The notes under the pieces were generated by a model. That model saw only the letters and a program-made list of their open reading frames with translations, was not told the origin of the DNA and searched no databases. A stretch of 64,000 bases of DNA from an uncultured bacterium. Its GTDB lineage: Bacteria > Zhuqueibacterota > QNDG01 > DTFT01. The stretch covers positions 256,001 to 320,000 of the forward strand of contig CAVTNR010000012.1 in assembly GCA_963736115.1 (NCBI GenBank), given 5' to 3'. A program made the translations under genes and the position numbers. Positions 1-9,927 of this stretch are shown in pieces (the first letter of the stretch is position 1; each line of letters opens with the position of its first letter).

Positions 1-973
1 CAGCCGGATGAAGCCGGAGGCGTCCTTCGAAACCAGGGCCGCTGAAAAAATTGCGGAAATCCTGCCACCAGCGGGTGCCGCTCCGGTTCAACTCCGCGGC
101 CGCGAAATAATGGAAACGGTCGCGGACCGCGGGACCGCCCGCGGACGCCTCGAGGCGCGAGGCCCTGTCCTTCTGCGTGATCCCCCGGAAATCATCGGTC
201 TCGCCCGATGCGGCCGCGTCGAACCGGTTCGCCCCGCTCCGCGTGATGACGTTCACCACGCCGGACAGGGCGTTGCCGTATTCCGATTCGAACCCGCCGG
301 TCTGTATCTCCATCTGCCCGACCGCTGCGCGGGGGATGCGTATTCCCGTCTCGCCGGACATCATGTCGCGCATGGGAAGCCCGTTCATCAGGACGAGCAC
401 CTCGTTCTCCCGGCCTCCCCGGACGTGGCCCGAACCGGTGACTCCGGGCAGAGTGGGCAGAACGTCCAGAAAAGCGCTCACGGGCATCCGGTCGAAGCGG
501 TCCCCCGCCACGCGCACCGCGCTTCCGGTGATGTCCTTCTGAATGGCCGGGGGCTCGGCCTTCACCTCGACCGGATCGAGGAGTATGGCCGCGGGCTCGA
601 GGGCCGTTCCGTCGAGCCTTGTCCTCAGGTCGGGCCGCACCGTCACACCGGTGACACGCAGGATGCGGTACCCCACGATCCGGAACCGGACCGTCACATC
701 GCCCGGGGGCACGTCCAGGATACGGAAACGGCCGGTTGCGTCCGTGACCGCGCCGAGCGGTGTTCCTTCCACCAGAACGTTGACACCGGGCAGGGGACCG
801 CCGTTTTCCGCGTCTCGCACCGAACCCTCGAGTATGCCGGAGGTACCCGCGGACAACCGGGACGGGATGAACAGGAGAAGGCATAGGACGAGGGCTGCTC
901 CCGGAATACAGGAATACCGGGAAGCGGGTTTTTGGATGGAATCAGCAGGGAGTGTCCGACAGGACATTGGCAT
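1..973 (-). CDS. TonB-dependent receptor, N-terminal part (signal peptide, carboxypeptidase-regulatory-like domain, plug); runs off the window
   Basis: Absent from the ORF track because there is no stop in the window. Manual translation from ATG 973/967 gives ...AALVLCLLLFIPSRLSAGTSGILEGSVRDAENGGPLPGVNVLVEGTPLGAVTDATGRF... and the plug motif HVRGGRENEV...GGFESEYGNALSGVVNVITRSG. Confidence 0.9.
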   Translation of the reverse strand, partial: MPMSCRTLPADSIQKPASRYSCIPGAALVLCLLLFIPSRLSAGTSGILEGSVRDAENGGPLPGVNVLVEGTPLGAVTDATGRFRILDVPPGDVTVRFRIVGYRILRVTGVTVRPDLRTRLDGTALEPAAILLDPVEVKAEPPAIQKDITGSAVRVAGDRFDRMPVSAFLDVLPTLPGVTGSGHVRGGRENEVLVLMNGLPMRDMMSGETGIRIPRAAVGQMEIQTGGFESEYGNALSGVVNVITRSGANRFDAAASGETDDFRGITQKDRASRLEASAGGPAVRDRFHYFAAAELNRSGTRWWQDFRNFFSGPGFEGRLRLHPA

Positions 974-1016
974 ATTTAATATACGCTTCATGTCCGAAAA
1001 TCCAAAAGGGAATTAT

Positions 1017-1043
1017 AAAAAAGAACCTCCCGAAGGAGGTTCT
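1017..1043 (-). terminator. Rho-independent terminator of the beta-helix gene
   Basis: AGAACCTCC-TTCG-GGAGGTTCT followed by a T-run on the minus strand. Confidence 0.8.
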
Positions 1044-1066
1044 AAGGCCGAGGTGCATTGCATCTT

Positions 1067-1105
1067 TAAATGTACCGGGCGCCTGTGAGGTGCCCGGTAC
1101 ATTTA
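1067..1105. other. 18-bp stem hairpin just past the beta-helix gene stop
   Basis: TAAATGTACCGGGCGCCT-GTG-AGGTGCCCGGTACATTTA with one G.U pair. Confidence 0.6.
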
Positions 1106-1112
1106 GCCCCGC

Positions 1113-2933
1113 TTATTTCCCCGGCTGATACGCGCCCGGGACAGGAGTCTTACCTCTTTTCGTGCCTGTCAATTTCAGGATGTTTTCCGGGATACGGACG
1201 CCGGTCGGAAAAAGTGCTTTCGGGACAGGACGGAAATTCCCCAGGTCCGGACTCATGAAAACCGATCCGAGGTCCGAAACCATCAGCCGGCCGTGCGCCT
1301 CCATCCCGGAAACCGCTCGGGCCGCCTCGGCGGGCGTCACGAATCCCGTGCTGCAGTCCTTTTCGGCCGCGGGCGCCCAGAGGATCAGCGTATCGCGCTC
1401 CGCGCCCGGCGCGCGCACATAGACATTTCCGTCCACGGACGATGCCTGCGGCTTGTCGAGCTTGCCGCACAGGACCGCGGCCTGTTCGAACCGGAGCAGG
1501 GGATCGCGGTATCCGGGACCCGCGGCCAGCACATTATTCTCGAAGATGTGGCCGTCGCGCTTGTCCACGTCCGGGCCGGTGGCCGGGTGCCACCCGAAAT
1601 GGTCTCCGACCGCGCTTCGCTCGGTGCGCTGAAACTTCGCGGGCGCGTTGATGAAGGTGTTGCCGGTCACTGTGACGTTCGAGCTGTTGAGCACGAATAC
1701 ACCGTTGGCGCAGTCCTTGAACACGTTGCCTGCGCACACGGCATTCTTGGAGATTTCGAAAAAGAAGCCGTTGACCGCGCCCTGCACCCAGTTGTTCACG
1801 AACACGCCGTCCACGTTGCCGACGTCGTACCAGATCCCCTCCGAATTGGGCTGTTCCAGGACGAGATTGTCGCGGCACACGGTGCGGTAACATTGGTTGA
1901 ATATTTTCACGGCCGCGGGATAGTAACCCGTGATCCGCTCGATGTTGTTGCGCATGATGATGTTCCGCTCGAGCAGGCAGTCCGCCGACCCGATGAGATA
2001 GAGGCCCTCGGTGCTGGTGTCGCTGATCCGGCAGTTGCGGAACGTCGTTCGGTCGCCGTGGAAGTACCCGGCCACGCGGGAGCAGAAGGTGATGGTCACA
2101 TCCTCCAGCGTGGTGCCGATCACGTCCTTGCCGAACGTGGACGGATCAGCCGGGCCCACGGCTTCCTTGCCCTGCACCTCGAGCGCGAGCCTGGCGTACC
2201 GGGTGAAGGTGATGCCGCGGATAAGCGGGCCCTTCCCGTCCGACTTCTTTCCGTGGCAATCGCCGGGAACCCGGATGAGCGCGTCGTCGAAGGCCGTGAT
2301 TTCCACCGTTTTGCCTGAGGGGTCGACGCCGATATACACGTTCCCCTTCTCGTAGTCGATGGAGAACGAGTGCTCATCCAGTTCGCCCTCCCATCCCTTC
2401 TGCTGGAGCATGACGCCGTCGACAAACACCATGTCGTTGTTGAACCGGTACAGCGGGGTGCGCATGCCCTCGCGGTGCCGCCGCCACCAGTCGTCCGGTT
2501 TGGCGGGAAACAGCGTGGGCCACGAGGTCCGCCACGTCTTGTCCCGCTGGGCTTCCCACTGGTCCGCCACATGCGTGCCCTTGAGCACCGGGACTTCGTC
2601 CCGGTACGGCTGCATCGTAATGCCCTGGTTCAGTCGCAGTCCGCCTGTGCGGTACGTGCCGCCCCGCAGGATGACCGCGTCGCCTGTGACGACCTTCTCG
2701 AACGCCGCATGGAGAGTCGTGGGTTTGTCCGGCGTCAGGCCGGGGTCTTCCGCTTTGCCGTCCGTCGCGACATAGTAGACATGGGCCGCGTTCTTCGGGA
2801 CCTCGTAGAATTTCCGGACCGGTCCGTACGGTCCGCCCGAGGGCTGGGCCTGGGCGAGGAGGGGAAAGAACGCCAGGGAAACGAGGAGGCAGCGTGCCGG
2901 GCGCTTCCGCGCAGAAACCAAGTGAGAATACAT
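1113..2933 (-). CDS. Secreted right-handed parallel beta-helix protein (pectin-lyase-like fold)
   Basis: Signal peptide (LLAQA), YYVATDG...GDAVILRGGTY, and repeats GIWYDVGNVDGVFVNN / GFFFEISKNAVCAGNVF. AGGAG SD precedes ATG 2933 (alternative start 2948). Confidence 0.8.
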   Translation of the reverse strand: MYSHLVSARKRPARCLLVSLAFFPLLAQAQPSGGPYGPVRKFYEVPKNAAHVYYVATDGKAEDPGLTPDKPTTLHAAFEKVVTGDAVILRGGTYRTGGLRLNQGITMQPYRDEVPVLKGTHVADQWEAQRDKTWRTSWPTLFPAKPDDWWRRHREGMRTPLYRFNNDMVFVDGVMLQQKGWEGELDEHSFSIDYEKGNVYIGVDPSGKTVEITAFDDALIRVPGDCHGKKSDGKGPLIRGITFTRYARLALEVQGKEAVGPADPSTFGKDVIGTTLEDVTITFCSRVAGYFHGDRTTFRNCRISDTSTEGLYLIGSADCLLERNIIMRNNIERITGYYPAAVKIFNQCYRTVCRDNLVLEQPNSEGIWYDVGNVDGVFVNNWVQGAVNGFFFEISKNAVCAGNVFKDCANGVFVLNSSNVTVTGNTFINAPAKFQRTERSAVGDHFGWHPATGPDVDKRDGHIFENNVLAAGPGYRDPLLRFEQAAVLCGKLDKPQASSVDGNVYVRAPGAERDTLILWAPAAEKDCSTGFVTPAEAARAVSGMEAHGRLMVSDLGSVFMSPDLGNFRPVPKALFPTGVRIPENILKLTGTKRGKTPVPGAYQPGK

Positions 2934-2980
2934 AGCATCTCCTTTCATATTACCTCTGCGCTGAGGGGGAATAACCAACT

Positions 2981-3008
2981 AATGTAATAGAATCACAAGA
3001 GGAGTCAA
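2981..3008 (-). promoter_or_regulatory. Sigma70-type promoter
   Basis: TTGACT-16-TACATT upstream of the beta-helix gene. Confidence 0.5.
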
Positions 3009-3081
3009 GTAAAAAACGGTCATAATTCGCCACGTGGGAATTCCTGCTCCGGTGTCTGATGAAATCGAACTATAGTCAGTT

Positions 3082-3148
3082 GTAGGTCCGATATGCCGAG
3101 CATCCCCGGATCAAGTCCGGGGCAAGCTTTTCAGCGAGGCTATCGGAC
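3082..3148 (+). repeat. GTAG-type REP-like element with nested CCCCGGATCAAGTCCGGGG hairpin
   Basis: GTAGGTCCGATATGCCGAG...CGAGGCTATCGGAC; arms match the element at 6750-6802. Confidence 0.7.
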
Positions 3149-3189
3149 ACCTCCTTTACCCGGCGCCTCCGGAATAACCGAACACATCA

Positions 3190-5304
3190 TTACCTCGCCA
3201 GCACCACCTTCCGCGTGACAGCGAAAGACCCCGCCTCCAGCCGGATCAGGTAAACTCCGGAAGGCAACCCCTCGGCGTTCCAGACCACGGTCGCCTTCGG
3301 CCGTTCCGGTTCCCCCGCTTCGAGTTCGCAAACCCGGTGGCCTTTCATGTCATAAACGGAAAGCCGGACATTCCCCTCCAAGACCGGCAGTTCATATCCC
3401 AGCCGCACCGTTGAATTGAACGGATTCGGATAGGCGTACAGCCGGAGCATCCCGGCTATGGATCCGGACGCCTCGAACTCCGGATGAATCGCGGTGATCC
3501 CATGCGCTGTATCGAAACGTTCACGGGCCGGAAGGCGGTGCAGTTTGACTTCGTCCGAGGGATCGACCCAGGGCCAGGCTCCGGTCCTCGAAGAATCCGG
3601 GTCTGCCGGAGAGGTACAGCGAATTCGGGAGGTCATGGTCCGGTATGGAATCATCCCATTTCACTTCTCGCGTGACATAATCGAAATTCCCGTGCCGGAT
3701 GACCGTGGACAGAACCTTGGGATCCGCAGGCCCCCACTCCTGCCCCACGCCCAGTTTCCACAATCCGACCGGGTCGCTGTCCCACGGGAAGAAAGTCTCG
3801 TAGGCGTACGAGGAATACGGGGCAGGATCCATTGTCTCCGTTCCGAGGACGTTCCCTTCGAAGGTATACCACCAGTGCCCGGCTGCCAGGCTTGCGGCGC
3901 GCGGGAATCCCTCGTCCGTCAATCGGAGAGGAGGAATGGATCGGCGCTTCCCGGTCAGGTGGTTGCGGAACACGGTGATGAAGATGGAATTGCCCCACGT
4001 GCTTTCGCCGTCGAAATTGAAGGCCTGGTTCCCTTCGAACAGCTCATAGTGGGGCGTTGTCATGTGGCTCGCGTTGGCTCCGGACTCCACCCAGCTCGGC
4101 TGGTATTCGATCCACCCGTCCTCGAAGTAATTGTAGCCGATGACGTTCCCTCCGCCCGTGGAACGCATGACCATGACCTTGTTCGCGTTCCAGAACGCGT
4201 TGTTCTCGACGAGGTTGTCCGCGGAGCCGCGGGACAGGCTGAGCAGATACCCGCCGCCGCCGGGGTTCGGATTGTCGCTGGTGTGGATGTAGGAGTCCCG
4301 GATCTCGCACCGGAAACAGCTCGTGAGGTCTATGCTCGATCCGTCCGTGTGGCTGCTTTCGACGTTTTTCACCCAGCAAAAGACGCACACTTCGAGTTGG
4401 ATGTTTCCCGCGCTTCCCTTTTCCAGATACAGGTCCTCGACACCGGACCATTTCGTGGCTGGCCTGGGATCCGGGCCCCTCCAGTCCTCGCCGAAACGGG
4501 AAAGCTGGGCGTGGAAGGCGGTCCGGAACGCGATATGGAGCGGGGTCGTGAAGGAGACGGACGTCCCGCTCACGGACTCCACCTCCATCACCTGGGAGAT
4601 GGGCCGGTTCATTCGGCAGAACCAGGCGCGGGAATCGTCCCCTGCCGGGGAATCCTGGCTCCATTCGGTGAGTTCCGGATCGGTTTCCTCGTCAAGCAGA
4701 ACGAGCTCCCCCGCGGTCAGGGGCGGATCCGGCGGGGTTGCGAGCTGTATGGATCGGCTTCCCTTCGCGCCGGTCTCGGCCAATGGATAGGAGACGTCCA
4801 TCAGCTTGTCGCCTGACCAGCGGTTGCCGATGACGATCACGGGAACCCAGTTGATTTCAGGATTTTTGAGAAGCCGCGTCCGGTCCGGGCCTGAACCCCG
4901 CAGTGTAATTCCGGACCGGTCCATCAGAAGTCCTTCTGAGGAAATATGGAAGTCCCCGGGTCCAAGAAGGACGACCTGGTTTTCCGGACACTATCCAGTG
5001 CGTCCTGTATGGCGGGCGTGTCGTCTCCGCCTCCCGGGGTGAGCATGCGGAAAACCGTGGTCCGATGCGGAATCCCGCCAACCGCGGTCAGGCCGGGGTT
5101 CCATTCAGCGAGACGATCCGGAGGGATTGTCCCGGAATAGCCGTTCGGGCGGCAAATCAGGACAGAAAGCCAAAGGATGATCGATTTCCAGGGAAAAATA
5201 GAAGAGGACACGAACTGCTCCCGTTTACAGTCGGGATGAATTAATCTTTTCGCGTCAGTGGGTAAAACGGCCGATGAGGAGATGGATGGAGAGTGGTTAT
5301 TCAA
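3190..5304 (-). pseudogene. Secreted beta-helix (pectate-lyase/GH55-like) protein with Por/T9SS-type C-terminal tail, split by two frameshifts (~4990, ~3580)
   Basis: The three ORFs join as DTPAIQDALDS|CPENQVVLLGPGDF...GITLRGSGP and PGFFEDR|AWPWVDP...YPNPFNSTVRL...TRKVVLAR. It may be intact if the indels are sequencing errors; the start is uncertain. Confidence 0.7.
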
Positions 5305-5335
5305 ATTATTGACTTCACCCTAAAATCGGTCATCC

Positions 5336-6001
5336 TTAATGACTGCCTGCCCACCGCACCACCCGCCACCGCTTCCTCCCCGCCTCCCGTTTCAGTCCGG
5401 CCCTGGGGTTCACGGCCACGGCCGTGCCGAAGAGACGCATGTGATCCGCGTCCGTGGCGTCGTTCGCGAACACGACGGACTTCATGAAATCCAGTTCCAG
5501 TTCCGCAGCCTTCTCTTTAAGAATCGCGGTTTTCGCGGGTCCGTACAGATGTTCGCCCACGACTTTACCGGAAAACCGTCCGTTTTCGGTTTCGAGCACG
5601 GTGCCGATGGCCGCGTCCGCGCCGATGGCCAGGGCCAGGGGATGGAGCATGAAATCGGGGGCGCCGCTGAATAGCAGGATCCGGAACCCCTTGCGTCGCA
5701 GTCCCTCCATCTCCTCGCGGGCCGCGGAAGGGATCCGTGGAACCACGACCCGCCGGACCATTTCCTCCGAGAACGCGGACAGATCCCGCTCCCGGAGACC
5801 CCTGAAATAGTCCTTGTTCCGGAGCAATCCGGGAATCCCCGCCCGCGCCAAGTCCCGCAATCCGGACAGTAGGAAGCGGGTCAGCATGGATGCTGTGACG
5901 ACTCCGGATTCCACGAGCCGCCGCACCGCCATCCTTTCCATGGACGTTCCAGGCAGAAGCGTGCCGTCCACGTCGAACACGGCCCAGCGCACGGCCGTCA
6001 A
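5336..6001 (-). CDS. HAD-IB family hydrolase (phosphoserine/PGP phosphatase-like)
   Basis: FDVDGTL motif I, FSGAP motif II, K in GPAK, and VAVNP. Overlaps the upstream stop (ATGA). Confidence 0.85.
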   Translation of the reverse strand: MTAVRWAVFDVDGTLLPGTSMERMAVRRLVESGVVTASMLTRFLLSGLRDLARAGIPGLLRNKDYFRGLRERDLSAFSEEMVRRVVVPRIPSAAREEMEGLRRKGFRILLFSGAPDFMLHPLALAIGADAAIGTVLETENGRFSGKVVGEHLYGPAKTAILKEKAAELELDFMKSVVFANDATDADHMRLFGTAVAVNPRAGLKREAGRKRWRVVRWAGSH

Positions 6002-6654
6002 CCCTCCTTTTTCATGTCACGGGGAAGGTACTTGTCGAACAGGTAATACCGGCCGTCCCAGAGAACCGGGAGTCCGCGGATCAGGTTCAACGCCACCATG
6101 ATCCAGACGAGGATCTGCGTGAATGCGGAAAGGTGCTGCACCTGTTCGGCTGACAGCCATCGGATTCCCTGCTCGAATCCGGCCCGGAACGCATAGATGA
6201 GACCGAGCAGGACGAAAGCCAGAATTTTCGATACTCCGTACACGGCCCTGCTGAAACGCGATGCCGTGAGAAAACGCGTGACCGGCGACTTCATCATGGT
6301 GTTCCGTCCGAATGGCGTCTTGCCCTCGCGGGAAAAGGCCACAGTCCGAAGCGTGTCCACGAGAAAGCTCCGCGTCACGAAAACGATGGGCACCCAGACC
6401 GAGACGAGTCCCACGACGGAGTAATAGATCAGGTAGATGTGTTCGACGATGCGGTCACCGGTGATGTCGAACAGCGCGCCCACGTCGCTGGCCTGCTTGA
6501 GCTTGCGCGCCACGTATCCGTCGAGCGAATCCAGATAAATGACCAGTATCGTCAGGGCCACGGCTGCGATGCGCCACCAGAAACCCAGATTGAAGATGAC
6601 GACCACGCCGAGGGCCAGAAAGATACGGCCGATGGTGATCAGGTTGGGATACAT
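5998..6654 (-). CDS. CDP-alcohol phosphatidyltransferase (PgsA-like)
   Basis: PNLITIGR and the DxxDGxxAR-x8-GxxxDxxxD motif (DSLDGYVARKLKQASDVGALFDITGD); several TM segments. Confidence 0.9.
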   Translation of the reverse strand: MYPNLITIGRIFLALGVVVIFNLGFWWRIAAVALTILVIYLDSLDGYVARKLKQASDVGALFDITGDRIVEHIYLIYYSVVGLVSVWVPIVFVTRSFLVDTLRTVAFSREGKTPFGRNTMMKSPVTRFLTASRFSRAVYGVSKILAFVLLGLIYAFRAGFEQGIRWLSAEQVQHLSAFTQILVWIMVALNLIRGLPVLWDGRYYLFDKYLPRDMKKEG

Positions 6655-6716
6655 TTTTTTACCCTTTTATTTTCTTGGGATCGATCTCAGTCTGTTCGGT
6701 GATTTGAATCCATCTT

Positions 6717-6744
6717 GAGTCCCGGGTTCCGAGTTCCGGGTTCC
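6717..6744. repeat. Heptamer tandem repeat G(A/G)GT(T/C)CC x4
   Basis: gagtccc gggttcc gagttcc gggttcc; related units at 17774-17794. Confidence 0.55.
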
Positions 6745-6749
6745 GGATT

Positions 6750-6802
6750 GTAGGTCCGAAATGCCGAGGCCCGCGTGAGCGGGACGAGGCTTTCGGACCT
6801 AC
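6750..6802 (+). repeat. GTAG-type REP-like palindrome
   Basis: GTAGGTCCGAAA...TTTCGGACCTAC 12-bp terminal inverted repeat with inner CCCGC/GCGGG stem. Confidence 0.75.
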
Positions 6803-6805
6803 ATC

Positions 6806-6857
6806 TGGATCCCCGTCCGCTGACGCGGATGAAAAAACACTTCCGCGGGGATGACAT
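6806..6857 (-). repeat. CGTC-type REP carrying a 24-nt insert (6816-6839)
   Basis: Identical to the 25818-25845 repeat once TCCGCTGACGCGGATGAAAAAACA is removed. Confidence 0.85.
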
Positions 6858-6895
6858 TGATTTTGATAATATCCAAACCGTCTATTTCCCACACA

Positions 6896-9328
6896 TCACA
6901 GCCCTTTGCAGTACTTCCTGATCTCCCCCTCCGCCGCCGCCAACCCCAGGCTCCGTGCCTTCGCGAAATCCTCGCACGCGCCGGCCCGGTCGCCGAGCCT
7001 GATTTTCACGAGTCCCCGAAGCCTCCATTCAGCCGCTGAGGAGGGATTGATCCGGATCGCCTCGTCGTAGTCCTCGAGGGCTTCGGACGGACGGCCGAGC
7101 TTGGACCGGCACGCGGCGCGGAACACGACCGCGTCCCTGTTCCCGGGCTCGGATTTCAATGCGGCCGTGTAAGCGACTTCCGCTTCCGCATAGCGTTTCA
7201 GGCGGAAAAGCGCATTGCCCGCCTTGATCCTGGCGTCCGCGTCGTTCGGGTCGATGGCCGCGGCCCGGTTGAAATCCGCGAGCGCGGCTTCGAGGCTCCC
7301 GGTAACGGCCCTGCACATCCCCCGCTCCAGATAAAGGGCCTTGGACCTCTGACCCAGGCCTTCGGCCGCGTCGAAATCCTTCAACGCGCCGGCCAGGTCG
7401 TCGGTCTTGGCCCTGGCGCTTCCGCGGGCGTAACGGGCGTACGCGTTTTTCGGATCCAGTCGCAGGGCCTCGTCGTACGAGGCGATGGCTCTTTCGTAGT
7501 ATTTCAGATGGTACAAGGCGGACCCGCGGTTCGTCCACGCGTCCGCGTCCGCCGGCCGCGACGCCACCGCACTGTCGTACGCGGCCAGCGCCTGGGCATA
7601 ATCGCCCTTGATCGTGTACACATGACCCTTGAACACATGGGCATCAGCGGTAGTCGAGTCGAGCTTCAGAGCCCGGTCGAATAGCACGACCGCTTCATTG
7701 TATTTCTTCTCGCCCATTTTGCTCCTGCCGATGGTGAGCCAGTAATGACTCTGGTCCGTGAACCGGTCCGTCAGCTTCCGGAATTCGGAAGACTTCAGGT
7801 TGACGAACTCGGGGATGTTGACAGCCCGGTCCGGAAAGGCGAGGCGCTCGAGAATCACGGGCGGGGACGCGTTTCCCGCGGAATCGATATGCGACAGGCA
7901 GACGTCGGTGTACGGGCCGCGTATCTTGGTCGCGAAGGCGAGCCATTTCCCGTCCGGGGACCAGGAATGCCAGGAATTCATCGAATCCGTGTTGCATGCG
8001 AGCAGCCGCGGGGTTCCGCCGCCGGTCGGCACGATCCAGAGCCGGCTGTCCGGCTGGAGCAGCATGAAATTCTTCGCCTGCGCGGTTACGATCCACTTGC
8101 CGTCCGGCGAAGGTCTGGGAAAGTAATTGCTCATCCCGTTTCCGGACGCGCCGGTTAACGGCTCGGGCCTTCCGCCTTTTCCGCCGTTGAACGGCACCCG
8201 GAACACGTCGTACTTGAATCCCACCCGCCCGCTGATGAATTCCTCCGCGTACGCCGTGGGGAGCACGGCCTCGGGAGAGGCGTCCGCCTGCTCGGACCGG
8301 TACACCTTGGTCCTGCAGAAATACACCCATTTCCCGTTTGGGCTCCACACGGGATTGCTCTGGCACAGTTCCGGATCGTCGGCGCCGGGAAGACTTCCGA
8401 ACCGTTTTGTCTCGCGGTCATACCATGCGAGAATGCCGCGGACAGGGAAAAAAAGCTGGGAATAATGCGCGTCGTCTATGGGAACGAATATGGACCGGTC
8501 CTTCACGGTGGACAGCGCGAAACGGCCGTCGGGCGAAATCTGCGAAAGCAGGCCGAAGGTCCGCCTCCCGTCGACTCGCCTGTAGTCGGACCATGTGATC
8601 ACCTTTTCGGGTGTCAGATCCGTCTCGGGCCGGACTTCCGAAATGACATAAGACCCCTTGTCGTTCGCATAGTCCACGTCCATGGCCATAGTCTTCCCGT
8701 CCTTCGAGAAAGAGTGGCAGTTGCCGCACAGGGCCATGTTCTTCAGGAGCGCGGGCGCTGGTTCGGCGGAAGCGACATCTCCGAGATGCCAGCGTATGCT
8801 GTCGAGATGCTGGAGAGCATAGGAAAAAGGCACGGGAACGGCCCGGTAGAAAATGCTTCCGGCAACCGAGTCCGGGGACGTGCGGAACGCCATCCGGGAT
8901 CCGGAAAGAATGGACACCCCGCGGATGCCGTAAACCGAAACGCGGATTTCCCCGGACAGACCCGCGTTCCGGAGTTTTCCCCAGACTTTTTCGGACGGCC
9001 GCCAGGCGGTTTTAGAGGTCAGGGACGAGGACAGTTTCCGTCCGTTTTCCGATTCCGCGACCACCAGCCATTTTCCGGCCCTGCCTGTCGAATCATGCCA
9101 GACGAAAGTCGGGGCCGGAAACGCGGGCGGGAACAGGGTCCCATTCCAGGGATAACGGATGGTCAGCCCGGGAGGCGGATTCAAAAAAAGTTCAGGCCGA
9201 GGTCCCATGCCCTGCTTGAGAAAGAATTCCCCGAGCGGTCCGGTCCAGAGCACGATGCCGGCTCCGAAAACCACAGCAATGATCGCCAGCCCGATCAGGT
9301 TCTTGATTCTTCTATCTTTCAATAACAT
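6896..9328 (-). CDS. Membrane-anchored protein with CxxCH motif, TolB/PD40 beta-propeller and C-terminal TPR array
   Basis: N-terminal TM, CGNCH, repeats SPDGRF/WSPNGKW/PSPDGKW/WSPDGKW, and about 8 TPRs. Start is 9328 or 9367. Confidence 0.8.
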   Translation of the reverse strand: MLLKDRRIKNLIGLAIIAVVFGAGIVLWTGPLGEFFLKQGMGPRPELFLNPPPGLTIRYPWNGTLFPPAFPAPTFVWHDSTGRAGKWLVVAESENGRKLSSSLTSKTAWRPSEKVWGKLRNAGLSGEIRVSVYGIRGVSILSGSRMAFRTSPDSVAGSIFYRAVPVPFSYALQHLDSIRWHLGDVASAEPAPALLKNMALCGNCHSFSKDGKTMAMDVDYANDKGSYVISEVRPETDLTPEKVITWSDYRRVDGRRTFGLLSQISPDGRFALSTVKDRSIFVPIDDAHYSQLFFPVRGILAWYDRETKRFGSLPGADDPELCQSNPVWSPNGKWVYFCRTKVYRSEQADASPEAVLPTAYAEEFISGRVGFKYDVFRVPFNGGKGGRPEPLTGASGNGMSNYFPRPSPDGKWIVTAQAKNFMLLQPDSRLWIVPTGGGTPRLLACNTDSMNSWHSWSPDGKWLAFATKIRGPYTDVCLSHIDSAGNASPPVILERLAFPDRAVNIPEFVNLKSSEFRKLTDRFTDQSHYWLTIGRSKMGEKKYNEAVVLFDRALKLDSTTADAHVFKGHVYTIKGDYAQALAAYDSAVASRPADADAWTNRGSALYHLKYYERAIASYDEALRLDPKNAYARYARGSARAKTDDLAGALKDFDAAEGLGQRSKALYLERGMCRAVTGSLEAALADFNRAAAIDPNDADARIKAGNALFRLKRYAEAEVAYTAALKSEPGNRDAVVFRAACRSKLGRPSEALEDYDEAIRINPSSAAEWRLRGLVKIRLGDRAGACEDFAKARSLGLAAAEGEIRKYCKGL

Positions 9329-9927
9329 TCTGTCATCCTTCCATAGGGTCAGGCATGCGGCCGTCATGGCCGGCTTTCGTTTATACTATCATTTTTAGAG
9401 GAAAAGTCAAGGGATTTTTGAGTGCCTACAGGATAACCGGAAAATCCTCCAGCGGGTCTGTTCAAATCCGCGGGAAGTGTGGCGTGGGCCTGATAGGATC
9501 TATCATGACCCGACCCGGCCCGGACCGTACACTCCCTGCCCCTTGTGACCGGGATGTGACAGGGAAGAAATCGTTTGCTTTTTGCTCAAATTGAATTAAT
9601 TTAACTGCATGACTCGACGGGATGGAACGGATCCGTCACCCGATTCGACATCACTCTCCGCCTGCGCATTGAAGCTCCCCGCCGTCCCGCTGCGCGGGAT
9701 CATACGATTATATTTTCGAAAGGTCAGGCGCACGCAACCCGCAGGAACGTTTCGAAGGGATCGTGGACAGCCTTAATTTTTGGAATTACAAGGGATTTCG
9801 ACCGCCGGGACGAGGATGAACGAATATCCGGGTTTCCTGAAAAGTGCCCGGTTCTTACCGGAATGCCCAGCCTTCCAGATTGTGAGTCCTGCACGGATCC
9901 CGGCATGATCATGGCGGTTGCTGAATT

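Noticed and set aside
9609-9776. 55-codon ORF or structured leader upstream of lnt
   Set aside because: It has no SD, no recognisable motif and no known riboswitch core; only the small hairpin at 9684-9700 is notable.
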